Shown one piece after another: positions 1 through 17,985 of a stretch of DNA of 64,000 nt (positions within the stretch are counted from its first letter, which is position 1; every line of letters begins with the position of its first letter). Below the pieces are notes generated by a model. It made no database searches. It saw nothing but the letters and a program-made list of their open reading frames with translations, and was not told the origin of the DNA. A program made the position numbers and the translations under genes. Origin of the DNA: the human T2T-CHM13v2.0 reference genome, Homo sapiens; the NCBI RefSeq assembly GCF_009914755.1, contig NC_060937.1; one strand, written 5' to 3'.

Positions 1-330
1 GCTCATTGCCTTCTATGCATGTTCATGAGATTAAAGGGAAGGAGGAAATGGGATTGGGGGTTATTGCCTAAACTCCCTCTCTGCTAGGTCTCCTTGACCA
101 ATCTTTTTCATAAGAAAATTAGTGTTTCCTTGCGTGATCAGGGAAGTTTACTCCCCAGAACTCTGCCTGCTGCTACTAACCCAGAGTTATTGTGGGGTGT
201 GATTTCTGTGATTCCTTCACCCTTCTCCCCTGACATTTTCGTAAGTAGTCTCTTTGGAAATAAACCCATGTTAAATTATCTTAGTTTGAGTGTGTTCTGT
301 TTTTCCTATTGAGACTCTGAAATGAGTATC
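1..330 (+). mobile_element. 3' part of an old ERVL LTR (LTR33-like)
   Basis: Ends with 'gtaagtagtctctttggaaataaacccatgttaaattatcttagtttgagtgtgttctgtttttcctattgagactctgaaatgagta', resembling the recalled LTR33 3' end (aataaac...aaattacc..tttgagtgtgccatctgtttcctg..gaccctgactgataca). Strongly diverged. Confidence 0.5.
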
Positions 331-629
331 TAAATGAAAAAACCTATCATCTTTTCTCATATACATAGTAGTTTCATTCTTGCAAAATTCATGGCATATT
401 AAAACCATGCAAAAGTACTTGGCACTTAGGCAGTTACATTTGGGATTGTATAATTAAACAAAGCAGGTTATTCACCTTCATTACATTAGAAAGTCATTCA
501 GGACATACAGCAATCCTTAATTAGGAACGGCTATCCCATGTTACTGGACATACGGCATCCCTGTTTTCCAATCCTTAAAGTTTTTCCTTAAAGTTCCAAA
601 ATGCCATCACTTATTATTTCCTGCCATTG

Positions 630-1165
<536 letters not shown>

Positions 1166-1249
1166 AGCAAAGCACATTATTTCATTACATTTTTTCAAAA
1201 GTTGCCAGTAATTTCAATTAAAAATATATATAACATGTTTAATGCAATA

Positions 1250-1594
1250 CAAATGCTTTTCAATGTACAATGGGGTTAAGTCTTGATAAGCTGATTATAA
1301 ATTGAAAATACAGTAAGTTAAAAATGTATTTAATACCTAACTTACTGAATATCACAGCTTAGCCTGGCATACATTTAATGTGCTCAGGACACTTACATCA
1401 GCTGACAATTGGGCAAAATCATTGAATACAAAACCCACTTTATAATAAAGTATTGGATATTTTATGTAATTTGTTGAATATTGTACTGAAAGTGAAAAGC
1501 AGAATGGTTATCTTCTATTCAAAGCTATCACTTTTGCTTCATCATAAAGTAAAAAAAATCATAAATTGAACCATTATAATTTGTTGACCATCTG
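1250..1594 (+). mobile_element. MER47A-like Tigger (TcMar) non-autonomous DNA transposon
   Basis: Begins TA|caaatgcttttcaatgtacaatggggtt and ends ...ttgttgaccatctg; internal 'cttagcctggcatac...gtgctcaggacacttacat...ttgggcaaaatcat...gtactgaaagtgaaaagcagaatggtt' matches recalled MER47A with CpG decay. Confidence 0.85.
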
Positions 1595-1713
1595 TGTATA
1601 TGTATGTGTGTGTGTACCTATATAAACATGTATGTTTATATATATATTTGTGTGTATATATCCTCGGTGTGTGGGTATGTGTGTTTGAGAGTGTGTTTGT
1701 GTGTGTGTGTGTA
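1595..1713. repeat. Imperfect (TG)n/(TA)n microsatellite
   Basis: Alternating tgtg/tata runs directly after MER47A. Confidence 0.85.
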
Positions 1714-1779
1714 TGAAATTGTAGGAAAGTAAAATTTCTTATCTTATAGATATAGCATGTTAACATGTTGGTACCTATC

Positions 1780-2200
1780 TTCCTGAGATGTAAAATTTTA
1801 CATGGATAGATGTGTACATTTACTGTTGTACACAAAGAGAAACATATTCTGTAGGCTCTTTGTTTTTCTGTAATTTCATTCAACACTATCTTGTTTATAT
1901 GGATGATTACATATATAATGCTAGGATGAAGGTTCTTCTCTATAACTTTGAAACTTCCTTGATTATCAACCCTTGGTATATTCTTAGAATAGGATTTTAT
2001 TTTAGAATTAAGATCCTTGTTTCAGGACTCTAGACTGTTAACACACAGAGCCAATAATTATTCAGAATGGTTGGGTTAGTTCACATTCCCACAGATGAGA
2101 CATCAAATGTCCAGGCTGCACAGCCTCATTAACACTAAATTTTCTGGACATTTTATGTAGTATTTCATCTGATATAAAAAGTAGAATTCTAATTTAATTA
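1780..2200 (-). mobile_element. Highly diverged L1M (L1ME-like) 3' region remnant
   Basis: 'tattcagaatggttgggttagttcacattcccacag' and 'aagatccttgtttcaggactctagactg' resemble antisense old L1M ORF2-end/3'UTR; weak match. Confidence 0.35.
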
Positions 2201-3077
2201 TGGTTGTTAATTTATTTTTATCTTTTTAGTCATTATGAAAATGTTTAACTATATGAAAAGCTAGGAAAGAGTTTTATTTTTTAAGATAGTACTTCAGAAA
2301 TATTTGTGATACTTAATTTTTAAAAATTAACTCTAAAAAATCTTGAAATGTCTGTTTAATGAAATAGGACATAAATACTGGTCATATTAGTGAAAAATAT
2401 TTGTTTAAAATTAAAATATCTGCAGCAATCCTGTAGATATTAATAATTTTTAAAGAATGACATCTTTAAAATATAAATGTTCTAAACTTATAATCAGTTA
2501 AATATGTCTCTATTAATACATATAGATACATATATCTAAATAAATTTGAAGACTTCAAATTCCAGGTACAATATAATTCTTTTCTAACCTGTGATTTGTC
2601 ATTCAGTATTTTGTAATTTGAACAGAAATATTTTGCCCTAACCACATGTCTGTATTTTCTCTCACCTAGAAATGTTATTTTATGCAAAATTGTTTTAAAG
2701 GTCAGTTTGCATGTTTGAAAACATCTTGTAGAATGTTACATAATATATTGCATATTTGGTTACATTATTTTAACTGTGAAAATATGGTTTAAATCTATGA
2801 TGCTCTTTAGTGCTGATCATGATGCAAAGCAAATTTATCTGTATAAAAGTCTCCTGTTAATTTTTTTTTATTATTATATTTTAAGTTTTAGGGTACATGT
2901 GCACAACGTGCAGGTTTGTTAGATATGTATACATGGGCCATGTTGGTGTGCTGCACCCATTAACTCGTCATTTAACATTAGGTATATCTCCTAATGCTAT
3001 CCTTCCCCCCTCCCCCCACCCCACAACTGTCCCCAGTGTGTGATGTTCCCCTTCCTGCATCCATGTTTTCTCGTTGT

Positions 3078-6899
<3,822 letters not shown>

Positions 6900-6962
6900 T
6901 ATGATGTTAGCTGGTTATTTTCCTCGTTAGTTGATGCAGTTTCTTCCTAGCCTTGATGGTCT

Positions 6963-7976
6963 TTACAATTTGGCATGTTTTTGCAGTGGCTGGTACCAGT
7001 TGTTCCTTTCCATGTTTATTGCTTCCTTCAGGAGCTCTTTTAGGGCAGGCCTGGTGGTGACAAATTCTCTCAGCATTTGCTGGTCTGTGGAGTATATTAT
7101 TTCTCCTTCACTTATGAAGCTTAGTTTAGCTGAATATGAAATTCTGGGTTGAAAATTCTTTTCTTTAAGAATGTTGAATATTGGCCCCCACTCTCTTCTG
7201 GCTTATAGAGTTTCTGAGGAGAGATCAGCAGATTGTCTGATGGGCTTCCTTTTGTGGGTAACCTGACCTTTCTCTTGGCTGCCTTTAAAATTTTTTCATT
7301 CATTTCAACTTTGGTGAATCTGACAATTATGTGTCTTGGAGTTGCTCTTCTCGAGGAGTATCTTTGTGGCATTCTCTGTATTTCCTGAATTTGTATGTTG
7401 GCCTGCCTTACTAGATTGGGGAAGTTCTCCTGGATAATATCCTGCAGAGTGTTTTCCAACTTGGTCCCATTCTCCCCGTCACTTTCAGGTACACCAATTA
7501 GACATACATTTGGTCTTTTCACATAGTCCCATATTTCTTGGAGGCTTTGTTCATTTCTTCTATTCCTTTTTCTCTAAACTTCTCTTCATGCTTTATTTCA
7601 TTCATTTCGTTTTCCATCGCTGATAATCTTTCTTCCAGTTGATCACATCGGTTACTGAGGCTTATGCATTTGTCATGTAGTTCTTGTGCCATGGTTTTCA
7701 GTTCCATCAGGTCCTTTAAGGACTTCTCTGCATTTGTTATTCTAGTTATCCATTCGTCTAATTTTTTTTCAAAGTTTTTAACTTCTTTGCCACTGGTTCG
7801 AACTTCCTCCTTTAGCTCGGAGTACTTTGATCTTCTGAAGCCTTTCTCTCTCAACTCGTCAAAGTCATACTCCATCCAGCTTTGTTCCATTGCTGGTGAG
7901 GAGCTGCATTCCTTTGCAGGAGGAGAGGCACTCTGATTTTTAGAGTTTCCAGGTTTTCTACTCTGTTTTTTCCCAT
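6963..7976 (-). pseudogene. L1 ORF1 (RNA-binding p40), frameshifted
   Basis: ATG at 7976 is 86 nt upstream of the MEQSW frame (87 expected, so a 1-bp loss just after the start); fragments 7890-7519 and 7522-7121 (RRATPRHIIVRFTKVEM); stop at 6963-6965. Confidence 0.93.
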
Positions 7977-8990
7977 CTTTGTGGTTTTATCTTCCTTTGG
8001 TCCTTGATGATGGTGACATACAGATGGGGTTTTAGTGTGGATGTCCTTTCTGTTTGTTAGTTTTCCTTCTAACAGTCAGGACCCTCAGCTGCAGGTCTGT
8101 TGGAGTTTACTGGAGGTCTACTCCAGACACTATTTGCCTGGGTATCAGCAGCGGTGGCTGCAGAACAGTGGATATTGGTGAACTGCAAATACTGCTGCCT
8201 GATCATTCCTCTGGAAGTTTTGACTCAGAGGGGTACCCGGGCATGTGAGATGTCAGTCTGCCTCTACTGGGGGGTGCCTCCCAGTTAGGCTACTCAGGGG
8301 TCAGGAACCCACTTGAGGAGGCTGTCTGCCCATTCTCAGATCTCAAGCTGCATGCTGGGAGAACCACTACTCTCTTCAAAGCTGTCAGACAGGGATATTT
8401 AAGTCTGCAGAGGGTATTGCTGTCTTTTGTTTGTCTGTGTCCTGCCCCCAGAGTTGGAGCCTACAGAGGCAGGCTGGCCTCCTTGAGCTGTGTTAGGCTC
8501 CACCCAGTTCGAACTTCCTGGCTGCTTTGTTTACTTACTCAAGCCTGAGCAATGGCGGGCGCCCCTCCCCCAGCCCCACTGTAACCTTGCAGTTTGATCT
8601 CAGACTGCTGTGTTAGCAAACAGCGAGGCTCCGTGGGTGTAGGATCCTCCAAGCCAGGTGCTGGATACAATCTCCTGGTGTGCCATTTGATAAGCCTGTT
8701 GGAAAAGCGCAGTATTAGGGTGGGAGTGACCTGATTTTCCAGGTGCCATCTGTCACCCCTTTCTTTGACTAGGAAAGGGAATTCCCTGACCCCTAGTGCT
8801 TCCCAGGTGAGGTGATGCCTTTCCCTGCTTTGGCTCATGCATGGTGCGCTGCACCCACTGTACAGCACTCCCCAGTGAGATGAACCTGGTACCTCAGTTG
8901 GAAATGCAGATATCACCTGTCTTCTGCATCACTCACGCTGGCAGCTGTAGACTGGAGCTGTTCCTATTCGGCCATGTTGCCTCCATCCTC
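7977..8990 (-). promoter_or_regulatory. L1 5'UTR internal Pol II promoter (YY1 site variant, antisense promoter region)
   Basis: Minus strand starts gaggatggaggcAACATGGccgaatagg (still fits YY1 AANATGG); typical L1PA 5'UTR with heavy CpG decay. Confidence 0.8.
8552..8768 (+). pseudogene. L1 ORF0 (antisense), truncated
   Basis: ATG GCG GGC GCC CCT CCC CCA GCC (MAGAPPPA) at 8552, with premature TAA at 8582-8584. Confidence 0.8.
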
Positions 8991-10352
8991 TAATTTTTAA
9001 CTTTCAACTGATTAGATACATTTACCCTCTTCTGAATTTTAATTCCTGATGAAAAGATTGTGAAATCTCAAGAGGATAATGAATCAGCTTCTGATTATAT
9101 TCTGGAATTACGATTTGATCACCCATCCAAGAATGCGTATTCACTTTCCTTTACATTACACACGTGCATAATACCATGCTGAGTGATGCTGGAAAAAGTG
9201 AGTCTTCAGTAATGCCCTCATGAAATTACAGTCTCACTACACCGAGGTATTTTCTTTTTAACACTTTTTTTCTTTTCTGCTGTGAATATGTGCCTTCTAA
9301 GAGGTGAACAACTGGGAAAAACTGAAAAAGAACCTTCATCTAATTCAGTAACTAGCTTTTGTATCTTCTAAGAATTTTTATCTCCAGAAAGCTCTAATCT
9401 TCATTCCTTTACAAGCTTTATTTCTCTCTCCTTTCCAACACCAGACTTTTCTCTGTTTGTTTTCTATAACTTTTTTAGAGATGCCTACAATAGAAAAAAA
9501 CTATGACATATTCAATACATCTGAAAAGTTTGCATTGCCATAGATAAGAATGAATTATCTGTTTATAAAGAAAAAAAACAATAAAAATATGAACCAAGAA
9601 AGCACAGAAGGTAGTAACCACATTTAGATGTTTATCATGGAATCATCTTTATAATCCATCTGTTACAATTCCACAGAGCAAATTACAAGTAATTGTGAAG
9701 TTTCCCCTCATTTTATAGGTTTGGTCTTATAAGGCATACAACACAAATTTTAATTACTTTTCTTTTTGGTATTTGGATCTTAATTTGGTGAAGTGGCCAC
9801 TGGGTAGATGATGGAGCCTCTTGAGACATACAGTCTTCTTCTAGCTTTGTTGATGTAAATATTACGGTGTAGTTTTCATTCACTTATTATTTTACAAGGC
9901 ATGCTTCATTAAAAACATGTCAGCATCTCATTGACAAATCACAAAATTTAAAAGGCACAAGAAAAAAAACAATTTATTTGAAACATTCCTGTGTAAAAGT
10001 AGTCACCACTCTTACTATTCTTCAAATATTTTTATTATATTTAAACACAAGCCTAGTTTTATCTTGAGTGTCTCACCTTGGTGATATTGTACACTTTAAA
10101 CTTAGAAAAAGTTGAACTCTATTGGAAATTTCCTACAGATCAGCTTTTCTAGATGCCAAGCGCCTTGTTTCAGCTGCGGTGATGACAGCAAATTGGGTTC
10201 TCAGGGATTCTGGCCTCTGGCATCATCTCAGTTGTTTATAATTGAAGTTGGCTCTGATGAGAACTCAGCTTAGATGCATGGTTGGACTGCTGGGCTTAAG
10301 GCTGGCCTGCCAGGAGGTTGCATTGAGGTGTAACTAGGCAAAGAAAGAAGGA

Positions 10353-10805
10353 GTTTATTGAGGCACTACTGACAATAGCAAAGACTTGGAACCAACCCAA
10401 ATGTCCAACAATGATAGACTGGATTAAGAAAATGTGGCACATATACACCATGGAATACTATGCAGCCATAAAAATGATGAGTTCATGTCCTTTGTAGGGA
10501 CAAGGATGAAGCTGGAAACCATCATTCTCAGCAAACTATCACAAGGACAAAAAAACAAACACCACATGTTCTCACTCATAGGTGGGAATTAAACAATGAG
10601 TACACATGGACACAGGAAGGGGAACATCACACACCGGGGCCTGTTGTGGGGTGATGGGCTAGGGGAGGAAAAGCATTAGGGGATATACCTAATGTAAATG
10701 ACGAGTTAATGGGTGCAACACACCAACATGTCACATGTATACATATGTAATGAACCTGCACGTTGTGCACATGTACCCTAGAACTTAAAGTAAAATAAAA
10801 AGAAA
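10353..10805 (+). mobile_element. 5'-truncated L1PA (~450 bp 3' end)
   Basis: 'gtttattgaggcactactgacaatagcaaagacttggaacc...gtgcacatgtaccctagaacttaaagtaaaataaaa'; TSD aaagaaggag at both sides (~10344-10353 and ~10804-10813). Confidence 0.95.
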
Positions 10806-11469
10806 AGAAGGAGGTTGGGCAAAATTACCAACAATCTTCAACTATGAATTTTTATGAGTAGGGGCTTCCCACACCATCAAGCACTCCAAGTTGGAGAAAC
10901 AAGGGATGTTGAATTGAAAGTTTAATTTTTTAGGCTTGATAGTCAGATTAGGGAAGTTTTGGGTACACCTTTCCCACTCTAGAGCCCTCTCCCTAACTCA
11001 CGGCCAATTTGGGACATGGGCTCAATGGAAAAGAGTGCCGAGATCAATTAGAAATATCCTTCATGAACATAGGAGGCAGGCATTCTGGCCAAGGGGTGCG
11101 TCTTCCCACTTTGTAATCCAGAGTGCGATTTCTTCTTGCTATCTGTCCCTCCGTAAATAAGCTTTGGGTGAAGGACAAGGTAGTTACAACTGAGGATGGA
11201 ATGAGATTCTAGCAGAATTGCAAAATGAACTGAGAGCCATGAAAATGTTCCTCTGTGAACCAGCAGAGAGATCTGTGGAAGGCAAAGGAAGAGGAACCAA
11301 GAGGCCAGATAATATTCCTGCTTCCCCTACATTGTGAGAGTGAAATTATCAGCAACGTATATCAGTAACTAACCAGAGGCTTTTTGGAGAGTAAGACTTC
11401 TGATAGATACCTCAATAGCTGAAGTTGCTCTTCAGTACTGCACATAACCTGTGGACAGATTTTCATCAT

Positions 11470-11595
11470 TATTAATTCATTTATTCAACAGATAGATATT
11501 AAATTCAAGGCATAGTTCTAAACTATGCAGTCAATTACAAAAAAAATAATGAAGGGCATTAGCTGTGCCTCATAGGACGTTAAAATTCTAGGTGT
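11470..11595 (-). mobile_element. L2 3' end remnant
   Basis: 'ttaattcatttattcaacag...ggcatagttcta...tgcctcatagga..ttaaaattctag' resembles the antisense L2 terminus. Confidence 0.5.
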
Positions 11596-12399
11596 TGAAT
11601 GAGACAAATAGGGTTCCCACATCAAGTGCCTGGGCTCCTGTTATAACCTGGACTGTGCTTCCAATGACTTCTCTTGTTTCTGTTTTGGTAAACCCATCAT
11701 TTGGCTTAGTCCTTATCCTTGCCATGCTCACCCACCAGTAGGTGGACCTCCTTGACCATAACTACAGGCATAGATCTTTGAGTTTCTTTTCAAATGTTTG
11801 CTTACTTTAGAGCTGCAGTCAAATGTTGTTTGGACCATAAGACTCTGAGGATGTGTGTGGTTGAAACTGTCTTGAGACTCAAAGAGCTGTTGAGGAAGGG
11901 ATTTGGTAGCTGAACTTTTTTGAAGTTTTTCTCTGTCTCTCACAATCTGGGTCTGAATAGCTTAATATATTGTTTAATTTCTACATCAATGATAGTTTAA
12001 TAGGCATTCATGAAAATCAGTTCTGCTGGGAGTTTATTATCCTACTCCAATAGCAAGTAACGCATTCCTTAAATTTAGTGTACGTATAAATTCTACATGG
12101 TAAGTGAAGCTGTCTTTATGAATTGCTGCTATAGAATATACTAGATTGTGTAGGTTTTAGTACAATCCAGGTAATTATCAAGGCTTTGTAATATTTTCAG
12201 GAAAGTGATCCTTTCACTTCAGTTTATGGAACTTGGAAAGTTTTCGGTTGCCGCCCACTTGTTAGATCATAAACTTAATTCTATTTGTCTGAATTTATTT
12301 TTCTATTTATAAATTTATCTGGATGTTTTCTCAAAGGTTTCCCAGATTAAAAACCTATGGCTTTGTAAAATTAAAACAGAAGTAATAAGAATTGTGTTA

Positions 12400-12737
<338 letters not shown>

Positions 12738-12794
12738 CAGAATCATACAATGAGAGAGATTGTATAGCCCTTTTAATTGTCCATAATGGATACA

Positions 12795-12867
12795 TTTCTT
12801 TTTCTGTGTAATAGTTTATCAGCATGAAAATTTTCTTTTTCTGTGTAATAGTTTATCAGCATGAAAA
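12795..12867. repeat. 37-bp tandem duplication
   Basis: tttctttttctgtgtaatagtttatcagcatgaaaa at 12795 and 12832. Confidence 0.92.
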
Positions 12868-12882
12868 ACAAAGAGTCACTGA

Positions 12883-13183
<301 letters not shown>

Positions 13184-15269
13184 TGATGATTTTCATTTAA
13201 TGGTGTTCTACAAAGTGAGTTTAGGCAATGAAAGCGCACATGTCATCTATAGTTTACCAGAAAGTAGTACCGGTCACCAGCATTGAAGCATACTCCTAAC
13301 ACTGGAAAATTTCTTCAGCAGCCAGAATTAATCTCAGATTTCGAGACTGGAGCAAAGACTAATTTGATATGTGTTCATTCAGATTAGTAAATCTCCATGG
13401 TGTTTGAACTGTATAATATCAAATCTAAAATAAGTCAAAAGAGTTGAACAATATCTCATCTCTGAGAAAAAAATGCATTATTTTCAACAGATCTAAGACT
13501 GAATTTAAAATCCAACTGCCTATTCCAGTGTTTGTTTCTCTAGAATAAGGCCAAGCCCTACAAATTCTGGATAGTGTCCTCCAAGTTGTATTTAAGTGAT
13601 AATTGATAAATCTATGGTTTAGATACTTATGGAATTCCATATAACTCTAGCTCCAGCCTTTGTGAGTAAAAATTGGCAGTGATCATGGCCTTAATGAGGG
13701 CATGTGGTTAATTGGAATTTTCAGTACCAAAAGTCGTCTTCTTACTAGTTTATCAGGGTACCCTATAATAGTATCCATAACTCATTGCCCACTTGTCTGT
13801 TTTGATTTCTTTTTTAAAAAGACAATTTTAAACTTAGAGGATTTGTACCTCAAGTCACATATGTGGCACATTTATAAAATAATCATGCCTTTGCATATTT
13901 TTCCTTTGATAACTTAGCTATATATCCAAGCCATTTATGTTTTTTAATTGTCACAAATATTGCACTGAAATAGAGCACTAGTTGCAAAAATGCCTGGTGT
14001 AACATTTCTTCTTGTTCTTGAAAGTTATTTTAATACCCCATGTTTAAGATATTCCTAGACAACTATATGTAACTATAATTATTTCTGCTAGGTAGAAACA
14101 TCTTTGTGGTCAACATTTGTGAAGTGCCTTGTAAATAAAAATATGCTTGAGTTGAAATAGTATTTTGCAAATATAGCCCTAAATAGAGCTACTGATTTTA
14201 CCAAGAATTAAAGACTCCAAATTCTGTCTTTGTCTTTCAAATTAGGTTTATAGGAACATCTCATTACAATGAGCCAAAAGCCTATCTGATCATTAATGAG
14301 ATAATTTTGACACTTCCAAATGACACAGTTAATTTGTAGTAGGTTTTTGAAGTGCAAATTACATGTTTCTGTTTAAATAATGACAGTAAAATATGGACAC
14401 TATCTATTCACACTCTATATACACAACTACAACTTGTCTCTAGAAGAAAAGTTTAATTTTTCAGGTCTCATCCACAAAATGAAGTGTTAATAAGCTGTAT
14501 CTTTATTCTCATTTTTAAGTAATTTCTTCTTAACCATTGTATAACACTACCACAGTTTGTATGGAGATAAAATAACTCATGGTGAGAAATCCAGTTCTTT
14601 AAAAATCATTTTACCTTCAATCACTTTTAGGATATCTATGGTTGTAGAGTAAGGATGAAAATTTATAAACATTAGTTAAATTATGCAACTGTTTTTGAAG
14701 ATGTTTCAAAATTACATTTTCCTTATTTTACAACTAGTTTTCATGTATTCACAAATGAGACACATGAGAATTATTAATGCAAAAGCACAGCGTATCAACA
14801 AAGTTTATAATGTAAATAGTTTAGTTAGGAAAGAATGTAATGAGTGAATTATCAAAGCTATTTTATTGGTTCCTAGATTTACCATAGAAGAAAATAAAGC
14901 AGCCTTATAAAAATTTCTCAACACTGAGTCCATTTAAGGTCTATTTTGTATGCCGTAAGTTCTAAAAAATGTTATTGCCGGTAAAAATAGGATGCCTATC
15001 TAAAATTGTCTTTTTAAAGGTTCTTTCTTATTCTTCTTCCTTTCCTATGTGTGCACAGAATACTGTCATCATCTTGATTGGAACACTGTCTCTCTTTCTC
15101 AGAGGGTATACATTTGTAGAAGGGAGAAAATATTTGTTAATTTTGCTTCCTATAAGATAAGGTCTCAATGGTTGAAGGTCAGTTAACAAACATTTTTTTT
15201 TGTCTTCATACTATTATCTTGGAATTACCAACTGGCTTCTATTTAGATTTTGAATTATGAAAGAAAAGA

Positions 15270-15495
15270 ACTAGCATTTGTTAGAACTTACTGTGTTCCA
15301 GGAACTTTATTGATACCATTTCTTCTCATTACCACATTTGTTCTTTCAATTCGTCTTATTTTTTTCCATCTTAATAAGGTGGGACCAGAGGTTTTGTAAT
15401 ATCCACTAACCCACTGTGGATTTCATGGCTTGCAAGAGGAAGAAAGCATGGTGGAACTCAGGTTTCTCTGATTGCAAATTCACATCCTTTCATGT
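15270..15495 (-). mobile_element. MIR remnant
   Basis: 'ctagcatttgttagaacttactgtgttccaggaact...ggaactcaggtttctctgattgcaaattcacatcctttc' resembles antisense MIR. Confidence 0.45.
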
Positions 15496-16329
15496 CTCCA
15501 TGAAAAATAGAAAGGATAAATTGGGCTCTATTCTAACAAGAGAAACACAATTTTCCGACAGTTAAATGAATAATTCTTAAACCTCAAAAATAAAACGTAG
15601 CAAAACCTCAATTCAAGAGTAGACATAAAGGTTGTGGCATGGGTAGAAGGGACTTATGTCTAGTGACATAGATTTGCTATGCATATCTGACCAAAAATCC
15701 CCCTCATGATTTTCAAATCAGATGCATAACTGCATTTAATGAGTTTCACGAATCATTAATATCAGGCTCTGAAAACAGGATCATTAAAAATGATTAAGAT
15801 TTTCAACAACAAAGATTTTATCTAAATAGTAAGGAAATTATATTAGATGGCTCCATTCCCTGGGCAGTCTAGTTAATAATTCAACTTGTTCAAAGCTATA
15901 AAATATGGCAACTTAAAAAATTATGAAAGTTTTTCTAACTTTTTCTTAAGGTAGTTGGCCATTCTTCCTCTTGGGAATAAGAAGGGCAGATTTTCTGTCG
16001 AAGCATTTTGCTATTGCTTTTCAATTTCCATTTATGGAAAATAGATAATATAGCAATTTTTTAGTTATAAATTTAAAGTCAAAATGGAGATAATTAAGTA
16101 TCTCCATTAATTAACTAAAGATTAATTTTTCAAAAAATAGCATTTACTAAATTCTAATCAATCGATTGACTATTTTTATCCCTGGCTCAATGTAACTCTC
16201 TTTGACATATTCTTGTCTTAATTCCAGTTTATGTCAACAATGTGTAATCAAAGATGACTCTTTGCCATTTTGATCTCTCAGTTCTATTAACACCTTTGAT
16301 CTAACGATAATGTTTTCCAACAGAATTAT

Positions 16330-17012
16330 TTCTACTCAAACTTCTGAGATGAAATTTGTGGATTTATTCTCACCCCAATCAATTTTTCAACTCTCAGGAC
16401 ACCAAATGGTGTCCTACAATTCAATTCAATCCTGAGACTATCTATCTGGAGATAGCATCAGATCCCACAAGTTCAGGGTTCAGGCCCACAAGACTGCCCC
16501 CCCCCCCACCATTAGAGAGGAGTTGTGGGCCTGTCATACTCCTGACCAACTGGCTATAAATTAGGACTTCCATGGATTCCTTTCCCAGGTTCTATAATTT
16601 GCTAAGATGGCTCACAGAACCCAAGAAAGCACTTTGCTTACAGTTACTGTCTGATACAAATCAGGAACTGTCAAATAGAAGAGACACATAGGGCCAGGTA
16701 TGGTGAAAAGGGGCACAAAGCTGCCATATGACCTCTAAGTATATCATTGTATCACCCTCTCAGCACCTCAGAGGTGATGGAGGAGAGGGCTGACAGTTTT
16801 AACCATCTAGTTATGCCTTCATGTTTCTGGTGTCAAGCACCCACCTTGAAGCCATATGGGTCTCCAGCCACCACTCATGTCATGTCAATAGCATAAACTC
16901 AGGTATGGCTAAGAGGGACTTATGACTAGTAAAGGATGGTCCTCTCATCTCTATCAGGAAATTTCAAGTTTTAGGAGCTCTGTACTGTGAACCGGGGAGG
17001 AAGACCAAATAA
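16330..17012 (-). mobile_element. MER21-family LTR
   Basis: 'ggtgtcctacaattcaattcaatcctgagactatctatctggagatagcatcagatcccacaag...cccacaagactgcccc...ctgaccaactggctataaat...ataatttgctaagatggctcacagaac' and 'ttttaggagctctgt...gaccaaata' are MER21 hallmarks. Confidence 0.85.
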
Positions 17013-17084
17013 GACATACACTAGACCAGTTGTGCTAACTACTGTGTGCCTCAAAATTGCCTACAGTTGTGTTACAATAAGAGA

Positions 17085-17207
17085 TTGCTGAGACCTGCTA
17101 TTGGAATTTCAGATTTGGAAGATCTGGGGGTGTAACCTGAGAATATGCAGTTCTAGTAAGTTCCCAGGTGATGCTGTTGCTGCTAGCACAGGGACCACAC
17201 TTCCAGA
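17085..17207. mobile_element. MER5A (hAT-Charlie) fragment
   Basis: 'cctgagaatatgcagttctagtaagttcccaggtgatgctgttgctgctagcacagggaccacactt'. Confidence 0.8.
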
Positions 17208-17249
17208 GGGACTCAGTGAAGCATCGTCATTACTTATAATAGCAACTCC

Positions 17250-17870
17250 TCTGTAGTCACAATTTCATTCATCCCATTCTCTGAACTCCTCCTTTAATCA
17301 TTCCCTTTCATACGCTGACATAAAATTTTTCAATCTCTCTGAGACCTCCAAACTATTATTTTATCATATTCATAATGACCCTTACCTACTGATGTACTCT
17401 ATTTCCTGTTCTCCTGCCTAAATTCCGTGGCCAACCATTCCCAGGAAACTTCAACTTCCTTGTTTCTCTTTCACTTTGCTGAATCTAACCAGGAAAATAA
17501 CCCTGGTTAGATCCAAATTTCCACCAAATCCCCACATATATTTTAGCAACTAGCTATATGGATCAAATTGAAAAATATCCCACTTGAAACTGAGAATCTG
17601 AGTGCCGCCTATCAATCAATCATACTACATATGTTCCAATCTATTCACTCTCTAATTTACCTAGTTTTGTATCTTATCCTGTCTCTAATCCCTAGCACTT
17701 CCCCAGAAATCCTCAATGTCTTTTTGGGTGTGCTTCCCTGAGAACATTGAATCACCCAAAGACAATTTCCACAGACTCCTGAAACCATTTAAACTCACTT
17801 TCCCATGTCTACACCCACATACTCTCCATTTTCACTTATTATTATCTGTGAAATAACTGGCCCCTATCTG
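17250..17870 (+). mobile_element. L2 internal remnant
   Basis: Pyrimidine-rich region with 'aaaataaccctggttagatccaa' similar to L2 ORF2; highly diverged. Confidence 0.45.
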
Positions 17871-17884
17871 TATATTGTCTGATG

Positions 17885-17985
17885 ATGATTTCTATATTAC
17901 AGGTGAAGAAAATGAGAATAGGGTTAGAGCTACTTTCTCATTATAGCATAGCTTAGAATCAAATCCACGCAGTCCACCACTGAAA
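17885..17985 (-). mobile_element. MIR core fragment
   Basis: 'tattacaggtgaagaaaatgaga...agaatcaaatccacgcagtc'. Confidence 0.4.

Noticed and set aside
10810-11400. Relatively GC-richer unique stretch with a 74-aa ORF (10936-11160)
   Set aside because: No recognisable protein or repeat similarity; may be an old unrecognised LTR/ERV remnant, but this is unsupported.
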